Assembly: GCA_951406725.2 (NCBI GenBank)
Contig: OX597830.1
Span: 44,702,001 to 44,766,000 of the forward strand
Direction: 5' to 3'
Length of the DNA: 64,000 bases
Source of the DNA: Octopus vulgaris
Lineage: Eukaryota
The first letter of the stretch is position 1. The number at the start of each line of letters is the position of its first letter. The notes beneath the pieces are model-generated. The model searched no databases. It saw only the letters and a program-made list of their open reading frames with translations, and was not told the origin of the DNA. Below are positions 12,681-28,775 of the stretch, one piece after another. Position numbers and translations under genes: made by a program.

Positions 12681-14079
12681 AAAATAAATACGTGTAGATA
12701 TATATATATGTAAGTTCGTAGTCCACCTCAACACGTGGGTATGTGGGTATTTGGTTAGAGTAGTATGGAAGTTACAAAACTGTCCCGAAGTGGATGGAAT
12801 ATATTCAAATATATTAAAGGATAAAATCGTTAAAACTTTTCAGTGGCCAGCATATAAAATAGAAATTTTAGATAAATTCTTATATATTTGATGCGAATAT
12901 ATTTGTGGTATTTGCATGTAATCGCAACTTTGCCTTTGCTTCTCTGTGAGTATGCATAAATGTCTCACTTATTTCGCTCAGTATGCTTTTCTAATAGAGG
13001 AAGCCTTATCAAACTAATCCAGAAAACGCAGTTTTGCAAAAGTTGTTTCATTTCGATTTCAAAATTTTTATTGAAATTCTCATAAATATTCGCCGATTCA
13101 TACCCTGCCCTATTTTAAACATACCCCGATATTGCTGAGTACAAACGACTTGTATGAACGAAAAATGCAGCAACAATACCACTAACAATAAAGTTTAGGT
13201 TGAATCTATCTTCCTAGGTATACATATATACTTGCCGTGCTCCCTATCTACCTATATACATACACACATGCATGTGCATATATACACACACACATGCATA
13301 CATGCATACATACATATTACATGCATTCATACATACATAAATACACACCTACATACAAGCATGCATAAATGCATACACACATATATACATAGATATATAC
13401 ATGCATATATATATACACTTATTTTGTGTGTGTTCGTCTTTGTGTGTCTAAACGACCCTCGATGTGGATGTATGTGTATATTTGTATAGATCTATCTTTT
13501 TCTCCCTCAAACAATATATATATACGTGTTACGATTTAGTCCTTTTGCAATATTGAAATAGACCTTCCGGTACTTATGCCCTGTATGATCATACTCTACT
13601 ATTATTCATATATTCGGGTATAATTCTATTTCTATTTATTTTCCAACTGCTAATGCTCTCTGTCAATCAATTCACAGACTGACCATTTCCAAAGACACCC
13701 ATCTTTATATCTGTCTTACATCCCCCTCCCTCTCTTCTGTACTTTCTTTCTCACCATGTTTCTTTCCTTCTTCTCCTCTATTGTTTTGAAGAGTATTTAT
13801 TCTCCCTTTATCATTTCTCTTAAATATAATATAATTTCAAACTATTTTCTTTACTTTTCACAGACTGACCATTTCCAAAGATAACCTTTTTTAGTCCTCT
13901 TCCATCCCCCTCCCTCTTTCATGTGCTTTCTCCTTCTCACCACGCTTACTTTCTGTCTCTCGTCTACTTTATATTTTGGCAAGTATTTATTTATTTACAT
14001 ATTTATTCATTTATTTATTTATTATTAGTGTCTTTACTATTTCTCTTAACATGATTTTATTTTAAAATATTTTACTCTG

Positions 14080-14312
14080 TTTACTCTTTTACTCTCTTAC
14101 TTGTTTCAGTCATTTGACTGCTGCCATGCTGGAGCACTGCCTTTAGTCGAGCAAATCGACACCAGGACTTATTCTTTGTAAGCCTAGTACTTATTCTGTC
14201 GGGGTCTTTTGCCGAACCGCTAAGTTACGGGGACGTAAACACACCAGCATCGGTTGTCAAGCGATGTTGGGGGGACAAACACAGACACGCAAACATATAC
14301 ACAAACACATAC

Positions 14313-14359
<47 letters not shown>

Positions 14360-14519
14360 CGTCAGGCTTCTTTCAGTTTCCGTCTACCAAATCTACTCAC
14401 AAGGCATTGGTCGGCCCGAGGCTATGGAAGACACTTGCCCAAGGCGCCACACAATGGGACTGAACCCGGAACCATGTGGTTCGTAAGAAAGCTACTTACC
14501 ACACAGCCACTCCTACGCC
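14080..14519 (-). mobile_element. tRNA-headed SINE, family A, CORE-like (also at ~21290-21727 and ~28496-28935)
   Basis: Minus-strand head ggcgtaggagtggctgtgtggtaag...ggttcagtccc with A- and B-box-like motifs, ccttgggcaagtg CORE-like motif, internal (TA)/(TG) tract and (aaaagagt)n tail. Confidence 0.88.
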
Positions 14520-15973
14520 TATTTTGTTTAATTTTTATTCAGTTTTCCAGTTCAGTCTTTCTCATCTTTCATCCTTTCTTTTTATAATTACAATATTGTC
14601 GTTTTCTCTCTCACATTTTTCTTTCTTTCTTCGTCTCCCTTTATCTTTCTCTGATCATATCTTTTTCATCCTTCCCTCTCAAAATTCTTATAAAATCTCG
14701 CGCCATCTGCCCAACTCAACACATTAGGCGTATATAACGTAATGCAGTAAGATGTTCCCTGATGACCCGTTGTTGTTAAGAATCCATTCCACTTGAAACA
14801 TCCAATGCAGTGTCGCAAAGAACTAGAATAGTGAAACGTAGTTGGAACGAATAATCTAACCGTGTGTTTATCGGAATTTGCCATGCATATATATGCGTGT
14901 GTGTGTGTTCGTGCAGGCGTAAATGTATTCGTAAATATAGACATACAGACTTAACATCGATAATTATTATTAAGATATTGCTCAAAAATACATTTTATCG
15001 CTGTCGAGCCTGTTGAAGGTGAGAGATGAGTAACAAGAAAAGATAATTAACAGAATTATAATTTGTAAATTATTTTCAAACTTTAATAAAGAACGTATGT
15101 ATCATACTGTCCTGTTTTAAACATTGAAACGAAAATATATAAAAGGAATTTCGAAAAAACTTCAAAAGTAAAGACATTGTTGGGGTTGGGTTAGCAAATA
15201 AATAAAACTATTTTTCCGTGGTTTCTTAATCAGTCTCTTTGCAATTAATATCGGAATAGACTATCCAAAACTACCCAGAAAAACAATTAGTTATAGATTT
15301 TTAAATGGAATTCTTTGATTAAAACACCAGCAAGTAGGAGTTACTTTATTTCTGCAAAAATATGAGGAATGATTACGGAGATGTACTTGCATAGCGAGTG
15401 ACTTGATCTGAGATCGTGTGCTGGAACGAAAACAATTGCAGCGTGGAAGTTGTTTATAAGCCATTTAAGAAACACACAAAACCGTTAGATTCACTTCAAC
15501 ATTTAAATTTAATTTGTCAAAATATTTTCATCGCTTTGAGACCGCGACCTGTTCCCTAACAAAGCTTCGTTGCTAAAGCGACGAAAACATTTTGACAAAT
15601 TAAATATAAATGTTGAAGTGAATCTAACGGTTTTGTGTGTTTCTTAAATGGGGAATGATCACGATTTTAAAAACCTTTGATAAGGGATCAGAGCGATCAG
15701 TTACAGCTTGACGATAAACAACAAAGTCATTAAATATGATAAAACAGATTCCACTGCCAACATTTGAAGCAGTCATTCTAGATTACATGTGAGAGACGCA
15801 ACACATTCTCACATTTATAAAGTCAAACAGAATATCTTCTCAATAACAATCAGTCAACATAATATTGCAACATAAATCCGACAAATAAAGTACACGAAAC
15901 GTATTGAACGGTGACGTAGACCATACTAAATTAACAAATTCGGTAAAATGGGCTTTTGTATAGATATATGCAC

Positions 15974-16023
<50 letters not shown>

Positions 16024-16189
16024 ATATATATATATGTCTGTATGTATGTATGTATGTATGTATGTATGTATGTATGTATGTATGTATGTGTGTATGTATG
16101 TATGTATGTATAGACAGATAGATAGATAGATGGATAGATATGAAAACATACACATACGTGCACAAATGTACATACAAATATATTTGCTT

Positions 16190-19100
16190 ATAGCTATCCG
16201 TCAATGTTAACGACGACATTGTCCTCTAGGAGTCTTATCCTACATTTTGTGAGTTGACCGATGTGAAAACAATTTGATCCTGGAATGGCATGTCCTTGAA
16301 CGCAGATGACAAGGGAAGCTGCTCATTATGTTGATGGGGAGTCTGAAATGACGTTGAAGTCTCTTTTCCTCAAGCCTCTCACGTCGGATTAGTTCAAAGT
16401 GTGAAGCTCCTTCGTCGCCGAGGGAACGCCAGATTTGCCGGTTGTGAGCAAAGTATTCAAGTTGTGCCGGTTGAATGTTGCGGGAGTTAAGGACAAGCTA
16501 AAGATGATCCCGGAATCTCATTTTCGGAGGCGTCCAAAGGAGGAGGAGGTGATCCGTCGTAGAACGTCATCGACGATATGTCCATTTTGTGATATGTCCA
16601 TTTTACCTAGGTTAAAAAAGTCAACGTTTGACAGAAGTGTGTCGTTTATATATAGTTATGTTGCATAGTTATGTTTTTTTTTTATTAAATACGTTTGCAT
16701 GATCTCGTTGTGTTTTTTATGTTGATGTTAAGACCCAGACGAATATAGGTTTCATCCATGGCACTTAAGAATCGCTGGAGTGAGGCTGTTTTCTGAGCAG
16801 TGGCAGCGGTAACATTTGCATACCGGAGCTCAAATATCTGTTGATGCTAGAGTTTTCGCTTTGAGCCGGTGGGTCTTAAAATTACTGCCATCATAGCGAT
16901 AACGGGTTCTTATGCTATCGTCGGTACTCTGTTGGACCTAGGAGAGGAGAGTTACAGCTATGTAGATGCTGAACAAAACAGGAGTGAGAACGCAACCCTG
17001 TTTGACTCCCGGTTTAACTCTGAATTGTTCTGAAGACGCTCCACCAAGACAGACTCTGGTTAGCATTCCGTTGTGGAATTTGCAGATAAAAGTTAAAGCA
17101 GTTGGAGGATAACCAAAGTTTTCATAAAATGTCACAATCAACGGTGTCAAAAGCATTCGTCATATCGAAGAAACCAAAATTCATTTTTGTTGTTCTCTGC
17201 ATTTTTCGAGAAGTAAACGTGCACCAAATATCAAATCAATTGTGCTCATGTAAACCACATTGAGATTCAGAGATGGTGCGGTCCGACACGAAGATAAGAA
17301 GATGGCGGGGAATAATGCGTGCAAGAATGTTGCAAGACACATCCAGAGGCTTCTGCTGTTACTGCAGTCGGATCGATTGCCTTTTCTTTTGTAAATGCAA
17401 ATAATGTTGGTATTTATTTTTGTTTGTTTGTTTTTCCAACAGAGAACTAGGAAAGAGTGAAGATATGATGCAAGTTGCGGTCCGCCGTATTTCCAAACCT
17501 CTCCAGGGATACCGTCTTCGTCAGGAGACTTCTTATTCTTTTGGGAGTGCAGTACCTTCTAGACTTCGTCTTGACTGAGTTCAGCTGCTATTTCTTCGAT
17601 GATTTGAAGTTTTGGAAGCTCATCTAAAATCGATGTATCTGTCCATCGTTAAGGTTCTTATTGTTTTCTTTAATTAGAGTAGAGCCGTCAGCGATACAGA
17701 TAGGTGCAATCAGGCAATGCGAAGGACCGAAGTTGTCTTTGAACGAGTCGTAGAGTTCATAAGTTTTCTTTTCTTCAGTGAATTGTTGGATCTTTTCGGA
17801 GTTGCAGAGCCACCAACCATTCTGTGGGGCCTCAGCCCTAAGGTTATGCTAGTTTGGGACTAAGAAACGAAGATTTGAGAGGTGGGCGCTATGAGCACGG
17901 TTTTTCGCCTGCAAAAGGGGTTGGATAATGTCTGCATTATCCACATGCATTCATGTGGGATTTTCCAATAGTGGGTTCAGAATGGATGTGTCGAATGATG
18001 GAGAGCGCAGAGTTCCAGAGTAAGTTGAGTTCATTCTGATACTGTTCGACCTCGATTACTTCCCTATGTTATTTTCCATATTGCGAGGGAGTTCTTGTAG
18101 AACTGGTAGAACTAGAACAACTGGGCAGACAGTAGCGACGTTTTTTGTTTTTGGAGCTTAGCTTGTTTTGTTGTGCTGGAAAGACGGGCCACATTGAGTT
18201 TTGGAAACACTTTAGCTTTTTCTGGCCGGAGGGCAGATTTGAAGACATAGGTGCGCGCATCATATGGGGATCGGCCTAACATTCTGCACCGCGCTTGTAT
18301 TTGATGTAGAAGGTATCGTTCTGATCATTTTGACGAACACTCACGTAATTGAGGAGATGCCATATCATGGAGCGAAGGTGTATCCTTCTCCAAGCTGAGT
18401 GTAGAGACTGGTAGGAGGCGTCTTTAGTTTCTTCATTAATACCTAACGTCGGGGCATATACACTGAAGATAGTGGCATGTACTTTGTTACTGAGGAGAAT
18501 TCGAAAGGTCATCTGCCGTTCAATTATATCGGTTGAAATCGAAGAGATGTTCTCCAGTAATGACCAACGGATAGCAAATCCTACACTATGAATTCTATTT
18601 TTGATTTGAAAAAGTCCTTTCCAGAAGTATGTGTATCTTTCATCAACTTCAGTGAGAGATCCGTCATCAGAGAATTTTGTTATGCTGAGTGCATATCCAC
18701 ATTGCACCCTTTCAGTTAAAAGGCGATGAGCGCGGTCCTAAGGTTGGGTCGATCGTGGTCATCACGGTCAATCAAAGTTCGTATGTTCCATGTAACGAAA
18801 AATGAGAGATTGTGATGGTTTTCTTATTAATCTTCGACCGCAGTATGGAGATGGCTTGCCAGGTGTGGTATTCTAGCTAGGTAAAAAGGACTGACATCTT
18901 TTAGACTACATTTCCTAAGCCTCTCCTCAACTGAGGCACTGAGAGTCTTCAAAAGATCCTCCTGGTCACACAGATAGGACACAAATCGGTGTGCAGTCCC
19001 AGAGTCACATCGAGACCACCGTCTTGCCTGAACCACCAAGAAGGTGGGATAAGAGGTGTATAGGGTGATGGGACGGGCAGTTAGTCCCATTCGCACGCAC

Positions 19101-19571
19101 CTGACTCTTGTTCAGCAGTACTTCGGTGACAAGAGAAATGTCCAAGACGACCAAAAGCTGTCAAGAAATTGCAGCTAGTTGCCGGAATCCAGGTTGCTAC
19201 TCACTTGGGCAAGGTTTTAGGTTGGAGTTTCCATCTCGTAGAAAGATTGCCTCTCAAGGCTAATGAGCGCCATCTGCTCGCGAACAGAGCTATTTCTGAA
19301 TGCTCTTTCACCATCTCACAGAAAGGATATCTACGCCCACATCCACCGAGAACACAGTTGACCTTCAGTCGTAACCCTTACCATGAAGAAGCGTTATACC
19401 CCGTAATACAGGGCCCTTGCCTGAACTTGGCTGCTACTTTTACAGTACCTGCACCGCGACATGGAAGCGCTAGGTAAGAATTACCGCCGTATAAATTAGG
19501 GAAGATGACCCGAACTACCATCAACAAGGACCTTAGCTATCAGTAGCCAGGTCTCTATCGGAAGCCGGGAA
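16190..19571 (-). mobile_element. RTE LINE remnant (copy 2 in the triplication)
   Basis: Near-identical to 8980-12360. Confidence 0.88.
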
Positions 19572-21522
19572 TCATAAATATGTACAAATATAAAACATAA
19601 GATATGCTTTATATATGTATAAAGATAAAAATAGAAAGCAACAGGATGCAATAGAATGTAGTAGAATAAGAATGAAAAAAATACACATTCTTTTATTCTT
19701 TTACTTGTTTCAGTCATTTAACTGCGGCCATACTGGTGCACCGCCTTTAGTCGAACAAATCGACCCCAGGAATTATTCTTTGTAAGCCTGGTGCTTATTC
19801 TATCAGTCTTTTTTGCCAAACCGGTAGATTACGGGGAAGTAAACGTACCAACATCGGTTGTCAAGCAATGGTGTGGGACAAACACACAAATAAAATAAAT
19901 ACGTGTAGATATATATATATGTAAGTTCGTAGTCCACCTCAACACGTGGGTATGTGGGTATTTGGTTAGAGTAGTATGGAAGTTACAAAACTGTCCCGAA
20001 GTGGATGGAATATATTCAAATATATTAAAGGATAAAATCGTTAAAACTTTTCAGTGGCCAGCATATAAAATAGAAATTTTAGATAAATTCTTATATATTT
20101 GATGCGAATATATTTGTGGTATTTGCATGTAATCGCAACTTTGCCTTTGCTTCTCTGTGAGTATGCATAAATGTCTCACTTATTTCGCTCAGTATGCTTT
20201 TCTAATAGAGGAAGCCTTATCAAACTAATCCAGAAAACGCAGTTTTGCAAAAGTTGTTTCATTTCGATTTCAAAATTTTTATTGAAATTCTCATAAATAT
20301 TCGCCGATTCATACCCTGCCCTATTTTAAACATACCCCGATATTGCTGAGTACAAACGACTTGTATGAACGAAAAATGCAGCAACAATACCACTAACAAT
20401 AAAGTTTAGGTTGAATCTATCTTCCTAGGTATACATATATACTTGCCGTGCTCCCTATCTACCTATATACATACACACATGCATGTGCATATATACACAC
20501 ACACATGCATACATGCATACATACATATTACATGCATTCATACATACATAAATACACACCTACATACAAGCATGCATAAATGCATACACACATATATACA
20601 TAGATATATACATGCATATATATATACACTTATTTTGTGTGTGTTCGTCTTTGTGTGTCTAAACGACCCTCGATGTGGATGTATGTGTATATTTGTATAG
20701 ATCTATCTTTTTCTCCCTCAAACAATATATATATACGTGTTACGATTTAGTCCTTTTGCAATATTGAAATAGACCTTCCGGTACTTATGCCCTGTATGAT
20801 CATACTCTACTATTATTCATATATTCGGGTATAATTCTATTTCTATTTATTTTCCAACTGCTAATGCTCTCTGTCAATCAATTCACAGACTGACCATTTC
20901 CAAAGACACCCATCTTTATATCTGTCTTACATCCCCCTCCCTCTCTTCTGTACTTTCTTTCTCACCATGTTTCTTTCCTTCTTCTCCTCTATTGTTTTGA
21001 AGAGTATTTATTCTCCCTTTATCATTTCTCTTAAATATAATATAATTTCAAACTATTTTCTTTACTTTTCACAGACTGACCATTTCCAAAGATAACCTTT
21101 TTAGTCCTCTTCCATCCCCCTCCCTCTTTCATGTGCTTTCTCCTTCTCACCACGCTTACTTTCTGTCTCTCGTCTACTTTATATTTTGGCAAGTATTTAT
21201 TTATTTACATATTTATTCATTTATTTATTTATTATTAGTGTCTTTACTATTTCTCTTAACATGATTTTATTTTAAAATATTTTACTCTGTTTACTCTTTT
21301 ACTCTCTTACTTGTTTCAGTCATTTGACTGCTGCCATGCTGGAGCACTGCCTTTAGTCGAGCAAATCGACACCAGGACTTATTCTTTGTAAGCCTAGTAC
21401 TTATTCTGTCGGGGTCTTTTGCCGAACCGCTAAGTTACGGGGACGTAAACACACCAGCATCGGTTGTCAAGCGATGTTGGGGGGACAAACACAGACACGC
21501 AAACATATACACAAACACATAC

Positions 21523-21567
<45 letters not shown>

Positions 21568-23181
21568 CGTCAGGCTTCTTTCAGTTTCCGTCTACCAAAT
21601 CTACTCACAAGGCATTGGTCGGCCCGAGGCTATGGAAGACACTTGCCCAAGGCGCCACACAATGGGACTGAACCCGGAACCATGTGGTTCGTAAGAAAGC
21701 TACTTACCACACAGCCACTCCTACGCCTATTTTGTTTAATTTTTATTCAGTTTTCCAGTTCAGTCTTTCTCATCTTTCATCCTTTCTTTTTATAATTACA
21801 ATATTGTCGTTTTCTCTCTCACATTTTTCTTTCTTTCTTCGTCTCCCTTTATCTTTCTCTGATCATATCTTTTTCATCCTTCCCTCTCAAAATTCTTATA
21901 AAATCTCGCGCCATCTGCCCAACTCAACACATTAGGCGTATATAACGTAATGCAGTAAGATGTTCCCTGATGACCCGTTGTTGTTAAGAATCCATTCCAC
22001 TTGAAACATCCAATGCAGTGTCGCAAAGAACTAGAATAGTGAAACGTAGTTGGAACGAATAATCTAACCGTGTGTTTATCGGAATTTGCCATGCATATAT
22101 ATGCGTGTGTGTGTGTTCGTGCAGGCGTAAATGTATTCGTAAATATAGACATACAGACTTAACATCGATAATTATTATTAAGATATTGCTCAAAAATACA
22201 TTTTATCGCTGTCGAGCCTGTTGAAGGTGAGAGATGAGTAACAAGAAAAGATAATTAACAGAATTATAATTTGTAAATTATTTTCAAACTTTAATAAAGA
22301 ACGTATGTATCATACTGTCCTGTTTTAAACATTGAAACGAAAATATATAAAAGGAATTTCGAAAAAACTTCAAAAGTAAAGACATTGTTGGGGTTGGGTT
22401 AGCAAATAAATAAAACTATTTTTCCGTGGTTTCTTAATCAGTCTCTTTGCAATTAATATCGGAATAGACTATCCAAAACTACCCAGAAAAACAATTAGTT
22501 ATAGATTTTTAAATGGAATTCTTTGATTAAAACACCAGCAAGTAGGAGTTACTTTATTTCTGCAAAAATATGAGGAATGATTACGGAGATGTACTTGCAT
22601 AGCGAGTGACTTGATCTGAGATCGTGTGCTGGAACGAAAACAATTGCAGCGTGGAAGTTGTTTATAAGCCATTTAAGAAACACACAAAACCGTTAGATTC
22701 ACTTCAACATTTAAATTTAATTTGTCAAAATATTTTCATCGCTTTGAGACCGCGACCTGTTCCCTAACAAAGCTTCGTTGCTAAAGCGACGAAAACATTT
22801 TGACAAATTAAATATAAATGTTGAAGTGAATCTAACGGTTTTGTGTGTTTCTTAAATGGGGAATGATCACGATTTTAAAAACCTTTGATAAGGGATCAGA
22901 GCGATCAGTTACAGCTTGACGATAAACAACAAAGTCATTAAATATGATAAAACAGATTCCACTGCCAACATTTGAAGCAGTCATTCTAGATTACATGTGA
23001 GAGACGCAACACATTCTCACATTTATAAAGTCAAACAGAATATCTTCTCAATAACAATCAGTCAACATAATATTGCAACATAAATCCGACAAATAAAGTA
23101 CACGAAACGTATTGAACGGTGACGTAGACCATACTAAATTAACAAATTCGGTAAAATGGGCTTTTGTATAGATATATGCAC

Positions 23182-23242
<61 letters not shown>

Positions 23243-23393
23243 TGTATGTATGTATGTATGTATGTATGTATGTATGTATGTATGTATGTATGTGTGTATG
23301 TATGTATGTATGTATAGACAGATAGATAGATAGATGGATAGATATGAAAACATACACATACGTGCACAAATGTACATACAAATATATTTGCTT

Positions 23394-26300
23394 ATAGCTA
23401 TCCGTCAATGTTAACGACGACATTGTCCTCTAGGAGTCTTATCCTACATTTTGTGAGTTGACCGATGTGAAAACAATTTGATCCTGGAATGGCATGTCCT
23501 TGAACGCAGATGACAAGGGAAGCTGCTCATTATGTTGATGGGGAGTCTGAAATGACGTTGAAGTCTCTTTTCCTCAAGCCTCTCACGTCGGATTAGTTCA
23601 AAGTGTGAAGCTCCTTCGTCGCCGAGGGAACGCCAGATTTGCCGGTTGTGAGCAAAGTATTCAAGTTGTGCCGGTTGAATGTTGCGGGAGTTAAGGACAA
23701 GCTAAAGATGATCCCGGAATCTCATTTTCGGAGGCGTCCAAAGGAGGAGGAGGTGATCCGTCGTAGAACGTCATCGACGATATGTCCATTTTGTGATATG
23801 TCCATTTTACCTAGGTTAAAAAAGTCAACGTTTGACAGAAGTGTGTCGTTTATATATAGTTATGTTGCATAGTTATGTTTTTTTTTTATTAAATACGTTT
23901 GCATGATCTCGTTGTGTTTTTTATGTTGATGTTAAGACCCAGACGAATATAGGTTTCATCCATGGCACTTAAGAATCGCTGGAGTGAGGCTGTTTTCTGA
24001 GCAGTGGCAGCGGTAACATTTGCATACCGGAGCTCAAATATCTGTTGATGCTAGAGTTTTCGCTTTGAGCCGGTGGGTCTTAAAATTACTGCCATCATAG
24101 CGATAACGGGTTCTTATGCTATCGTCGGTACTCTGTTGGACCTAGGAGAGGAGAGTTACAGCTATGTAGATGCTGAACAAAACAGGAGTGAGAACGCAAC
24201 CCTGTTTGACTCCCGGTTTAACTCTGAATTGTTCTGAAGACGCTCCACCAAGACAGACTCTGGTTAGCATTCCGTTGTGGAATTTGCAGATAAAAGTTAA
24301 AGCAGTTGGAGGATAACCAAAGTTTTCATAAAATGTCACAATCAACGGTGTCAAAAGCATTCGTCATATCGAAGAAACCAAAATTCATTTTTGTTGTTCT
24401 CTGCATTTTTCGAGAAGTAAACGTGCACCAAATATCAAATCAATTGTGCTCATGTAAACCACATTGAGATTCAGAGATGGTGCGGTCCGACACGAAGATA
24501 AGAAGATGGCGGGGAATAATGCGTGCAAGAATGTTGCAAGACACATCCAGAGGCTTCTGCTGTTACTGCAGTCGGATCGATTGCCTTTTCTTTTGTAAAT
24601 GCAAATAATGTTGGTATTTATTTTTGTTTGTTTGTTTTTCCAACAGAGAACTAGGAAAGAGTGAAGATATGATGCAAGTTGCGGTCCGCCGTATTTCCAA
24701 ACCTCTCCAGGGATACCGTCTTCGTCAGGAGACTTCTTATTCTTTTGGGCGTGCAGTACCTTCTAGACTTCGTCTTGACTGAGTTCAGCTGCTATTTCTT
24801 CGATGATTTGAAGTTTTGGAAGCTCATCTAAAATCGATGTATCTGTCCATCGTTAAGGTTCTTATTGTTTTCTTTAATTAGAGTAGAGCCGTCAGCGATA
24901 CAGATAGGTGCAATCAGGCAATGCGAAGGACCGAAGTTGTCTTTGAACGAGTCGTAGAGTTCATAAGTTTTCTTTTCTTCAGTGAATTGTTGGATCTTTT
25001 CGGAGTTGCAGAGCCACCAACCATTCTGTGGGGCCTCAGCCCTAAGGTTATGCTAGTTTGGGACTAAGAAACGAAGATTTGAGAGGTGGGCGCTATGAGC
25101 ACGGTTTTTCGCCTGCAAAAGGGGTTGGATAATGTCTGCATTATCCACATGCATTCATGTGGGATTTTCCAATAGTGGGTTCAGAATGGATGTGTCGAAT
25201 GATGGAGAGCGCAGAGTTCCAGAGTAAGTTGAGTTCATTCTGATACTGTTCGACCTCGATTACTTCCCTATGTTATTTTCCATATTGCGAGGGAGTTCTT
25301 GTAGAACTGGTAGAACTAGAACAACTGGGCAGACAGTAGCGACGTTTTTTGTTTTTGGAGCTTAGCTTGTTTTGTTGTGCTGGAAAGACGGGCCACATTG
25401 AGTTTTGGAAACACTTTAGCTTTTTCTGGCCGGAGGGCAGATTTGAAGACATAGGTGCGCGCATCATATGGGGATCGGCCTAACATTCTGCACCGCGCTT
25501 GTATTTGATGTAGAAGGTATCGTTCTGATCATTTTGACGAACACTCACGTAATTGAGGAGATGCCATATCATGGAGCGAAGGTGTATCCTTCTCCAAGCT
25601 GAGTGTAGAGACTGGTAGGAGGCGTCTTTAGTTTCTTCATTAATACCTAACGTCGGGGCATATACACTGAAGATAGTGGCATGTACTTTGTTACTGAGGA
25701 GAATTCGAAAGGTCATCTGCCGTTCAATTATATCGGTTGAAATCGAAGAGATGTTCTCCAGTAATGACCAACGGATAGCAAATCCTACACTATGAATTCT
25801 ATTTTTGATTTGAAAAAGTCCTTTCCAGAAGTATGTGTATCTTTCATCAACTTCAGTGAGAGATCCGTCATCAGAGAATTTTGTTATGCTGAGTGCATAT
25901 CCACATTGCACCCTTTCAGTTAAAAGGCGATGAGCGCGGTCCTAAGGTTGGGTCGATCGTGGTCATCACGGTCAATCAAAGTTCGTATGTTCCATGTAAC
26001 GAAAAATGAGAGATTGTGATGGTTTTCTTATTAATCTTCGACCGCAGTATGGAGATGGCTTGCCAGGTGTGGTATTCTAGCTAGGTAAAAAGGACTGACA
26101 TCTTTTAGACTACATTTCCTAAGCCTCTCCTCAACTGAGGCACTGAGAGTCTTCAAAAGATCCTCCTGGTCACACAGATAGGACACAAATCGGTGTGCAG
26201 TCCCAGAGTCACATCGAGACCACCGTCTTGCCTGAACCACCAAGAAGGTGGGATAAGAGGTGTATAGGGTGATGGGACGGGCAGTTAGTCCCATTCGCAC

Positions 26301-26775
26301 GCACCTGACTCTTGTTCAGCAGTACTTCGGTGACAAGAGAAATGTCCAAGACGACCAAAAGCTGTCAAGAAATTGCAGCTAGTTGCCGGAATCCAGGTTG
26401 CTACTCACTTGGGCAAGGTTTTAGGTTGGAGTTTCCATCTCGTAGAAAGATTGCCTCTCAAGGCTAATGAGCGCCATCTGCTCGCGAACAGAGCTATTTC
26501 TGAATGCTCTTTCACCATCTCACAGAAAGGATATCTACGCCCACATCCACCGAGAACACAGTTGACCTTCAGTCGTAACCCTTACCATGAAGAAGCGTTA
26601 TACCCCGTAATACAGGGCCCTTGCCTGAACTTGGCTGCTACTTTTACAGTACCTGCACCGCGACATGGAAGCGCTAGGTAAGAATTACCGCCGTATAAAT
26701 TAGGGAAGATGACCCGAACTACCATCAACAAGGACCTTAGCTATCAGTAGCCAGGTCTCTATCGGAAGCCGGGAA
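23394..26775 (-). mobile_element. RTE LINE remnant (copy 3 in the triplication)
   Basis: Near-identical to 8980-12360. Confidence 0.88.
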
Positions 26776-28728
26776 TCATAAATATGTACAAATATAAAAC
26801 ATAAGATATGCTTTATATATGTATAAAGATAAAAATAGAAAGCAACAGGATGCAATAGAATGTAGTAGAATAAGAATGAAAAAAATACACATTCTTTTAT
26901 TCTTTTACTTGTTTCAGTCATTTAACTGCGGCCATACTGGTGCACCGCCTTTAGTCGAACAAATCGACCCCAGGAATTATTCTTTGTAAGCCTGGTGCTT
27001 ATTCTATCAGTCTTTTTTGCCAAACCGGTAGATTACGGGGAAGTAAACGTACCAACATCGGTTGTCAAGCAATGGTGTGGGACAAACACACAAATAAAAT
27101 AAATACGTGTAGATATATATATATATGTAAGTTCGTAGTCCACCTCAACACGTGGGTATGTGGGTATTTGGTTAGAGTAGTATGGAAGTTACAAAACTGT
27201 CCCGAAGTGGATGGAATATATTCAAATATATTAAAGGATAAAATCGTTAAAACTTTTCAGTGGCCAGCATATAAAATAGAAATTTTAGATAAATTCTTAT
27301 ATATTTGATGCGAATATATTTGTGGTATTTGCATGTAATCGCAACTTTGCCTTTGCTTCTCTGTGAGTATGCATAAATGTCTCACTTATTTCGCTCAGTA
27401 TGCTTTTCTAATAGAGGAAGCCTTATCAAACTAATCCAGAAAACGCAGTTTTGCAAAAGTTGTTTCATTTCGATTTCAAAATTTTTATTGAAATTCTCAT
27501 AAATATTCGCCGATTCATACCCTGCCCTATTTTAAACATACCCCGATATTGCTGAGTACAAACGACTTGTATGAACGAAAAATGCAGCAACAATACCACT
27601 AACAATAAAGTTTAGGTTGAATCTATCTTCCTAGGTATACATATATACTTGCCGTGCTCCCTATCTACCTATATACATACACACATGCATGTGCATATAT
27701 ACACACACACATGCATACATGCATACATACATATTACATGCATTCATACATACATAAATACACACCTACATACAAGCATGCATAAATGCATACACACATA
27801 TATACATAGATATATACATGCATATATATATACACTTATTTTGTGTGTGTTCGTCTTTGTGTGTCTAAACGACCCTCGATGTGGATGTATGTGTATATTT
27901 GTATAGATCTATCTTTTTCTCCCTCAAACAATATATATATACGTGTTACGATTTAGTCCTTTTGCAATATTGAAATAGACCTTCCGGTACTTATGCCCTG
28001 TATGATCATACTCTACTATTATTCATATATTCGGGTATAATTCTATTTCTATTTATTTTCCAACTGCTAATGCTCTCTGTCAATCAATTCACAGACTGAC
28101 CATTTCCAAAGACACCCATCTTTATATCTGTCTTACATCCCCCTCCCTCTCTTCTGTACTTTCTTTCTCACCATGTTTCTTTCCTTCTTCTCCTCTATTG
28201 TTTTGAAGAGTATTTATTCTCCCTTTATCATTTCTCTTAAATATAATATAATTTCAAACTATTTTCTTTACTTTTCACAGACTGACCATTTCCAAAGATA
28301 ACCTTTTTAGTCCTCTTCCATCCCCCTCCCTCTTTCATGTGCTTTCTCCTTCTCACCACGCTTACTTTCTGTCTCTCGTCTACTTTATATTTTGGCAAGT
28401 ATTTATTTATTTACATATTTATTCATTTATTTATTTATTATTAGTGTCTTTACTATTTCTCTTAACATGATTTTATTTTAAAATATTTTACTCTGTTTAC
28501 TCTTTTACTCTCTTACTTGTTTCAGTCATTTGACTGCTGCCATGCTGGAGCACTGCCTTTAGTCGAGCAAATCGACACCAGGACTTATTCTTTGTAAGCC
28601 TAGTACTTATTCTGTCGGGGTCTTTTGCCGAACCGCTAAGTTACGGGGACGTAAACACACCAGCATCGGTTGTCAAGCGATGTTGGGGGGACAAACACAG
28701 ACACGCAAACATATACACAAACACATAC

Positions 28729-28775
<47 letters not shown>

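Noticed and set aside
12779-12845. Possible relic hammerhead (actg...ccgaagt...cagt)
   Set aside because: Both core segments are too degenerate to support a call.
14666-14944. 92-aa ORF with a Cys/Trp pattern reminiscent of a C-type lectin start (SYCITLYTPNVLSWADGARF), present three times
   Set aside because: It lacks the expected following Cys, has no convincing splice pair, and starts in low-complexity sequence.
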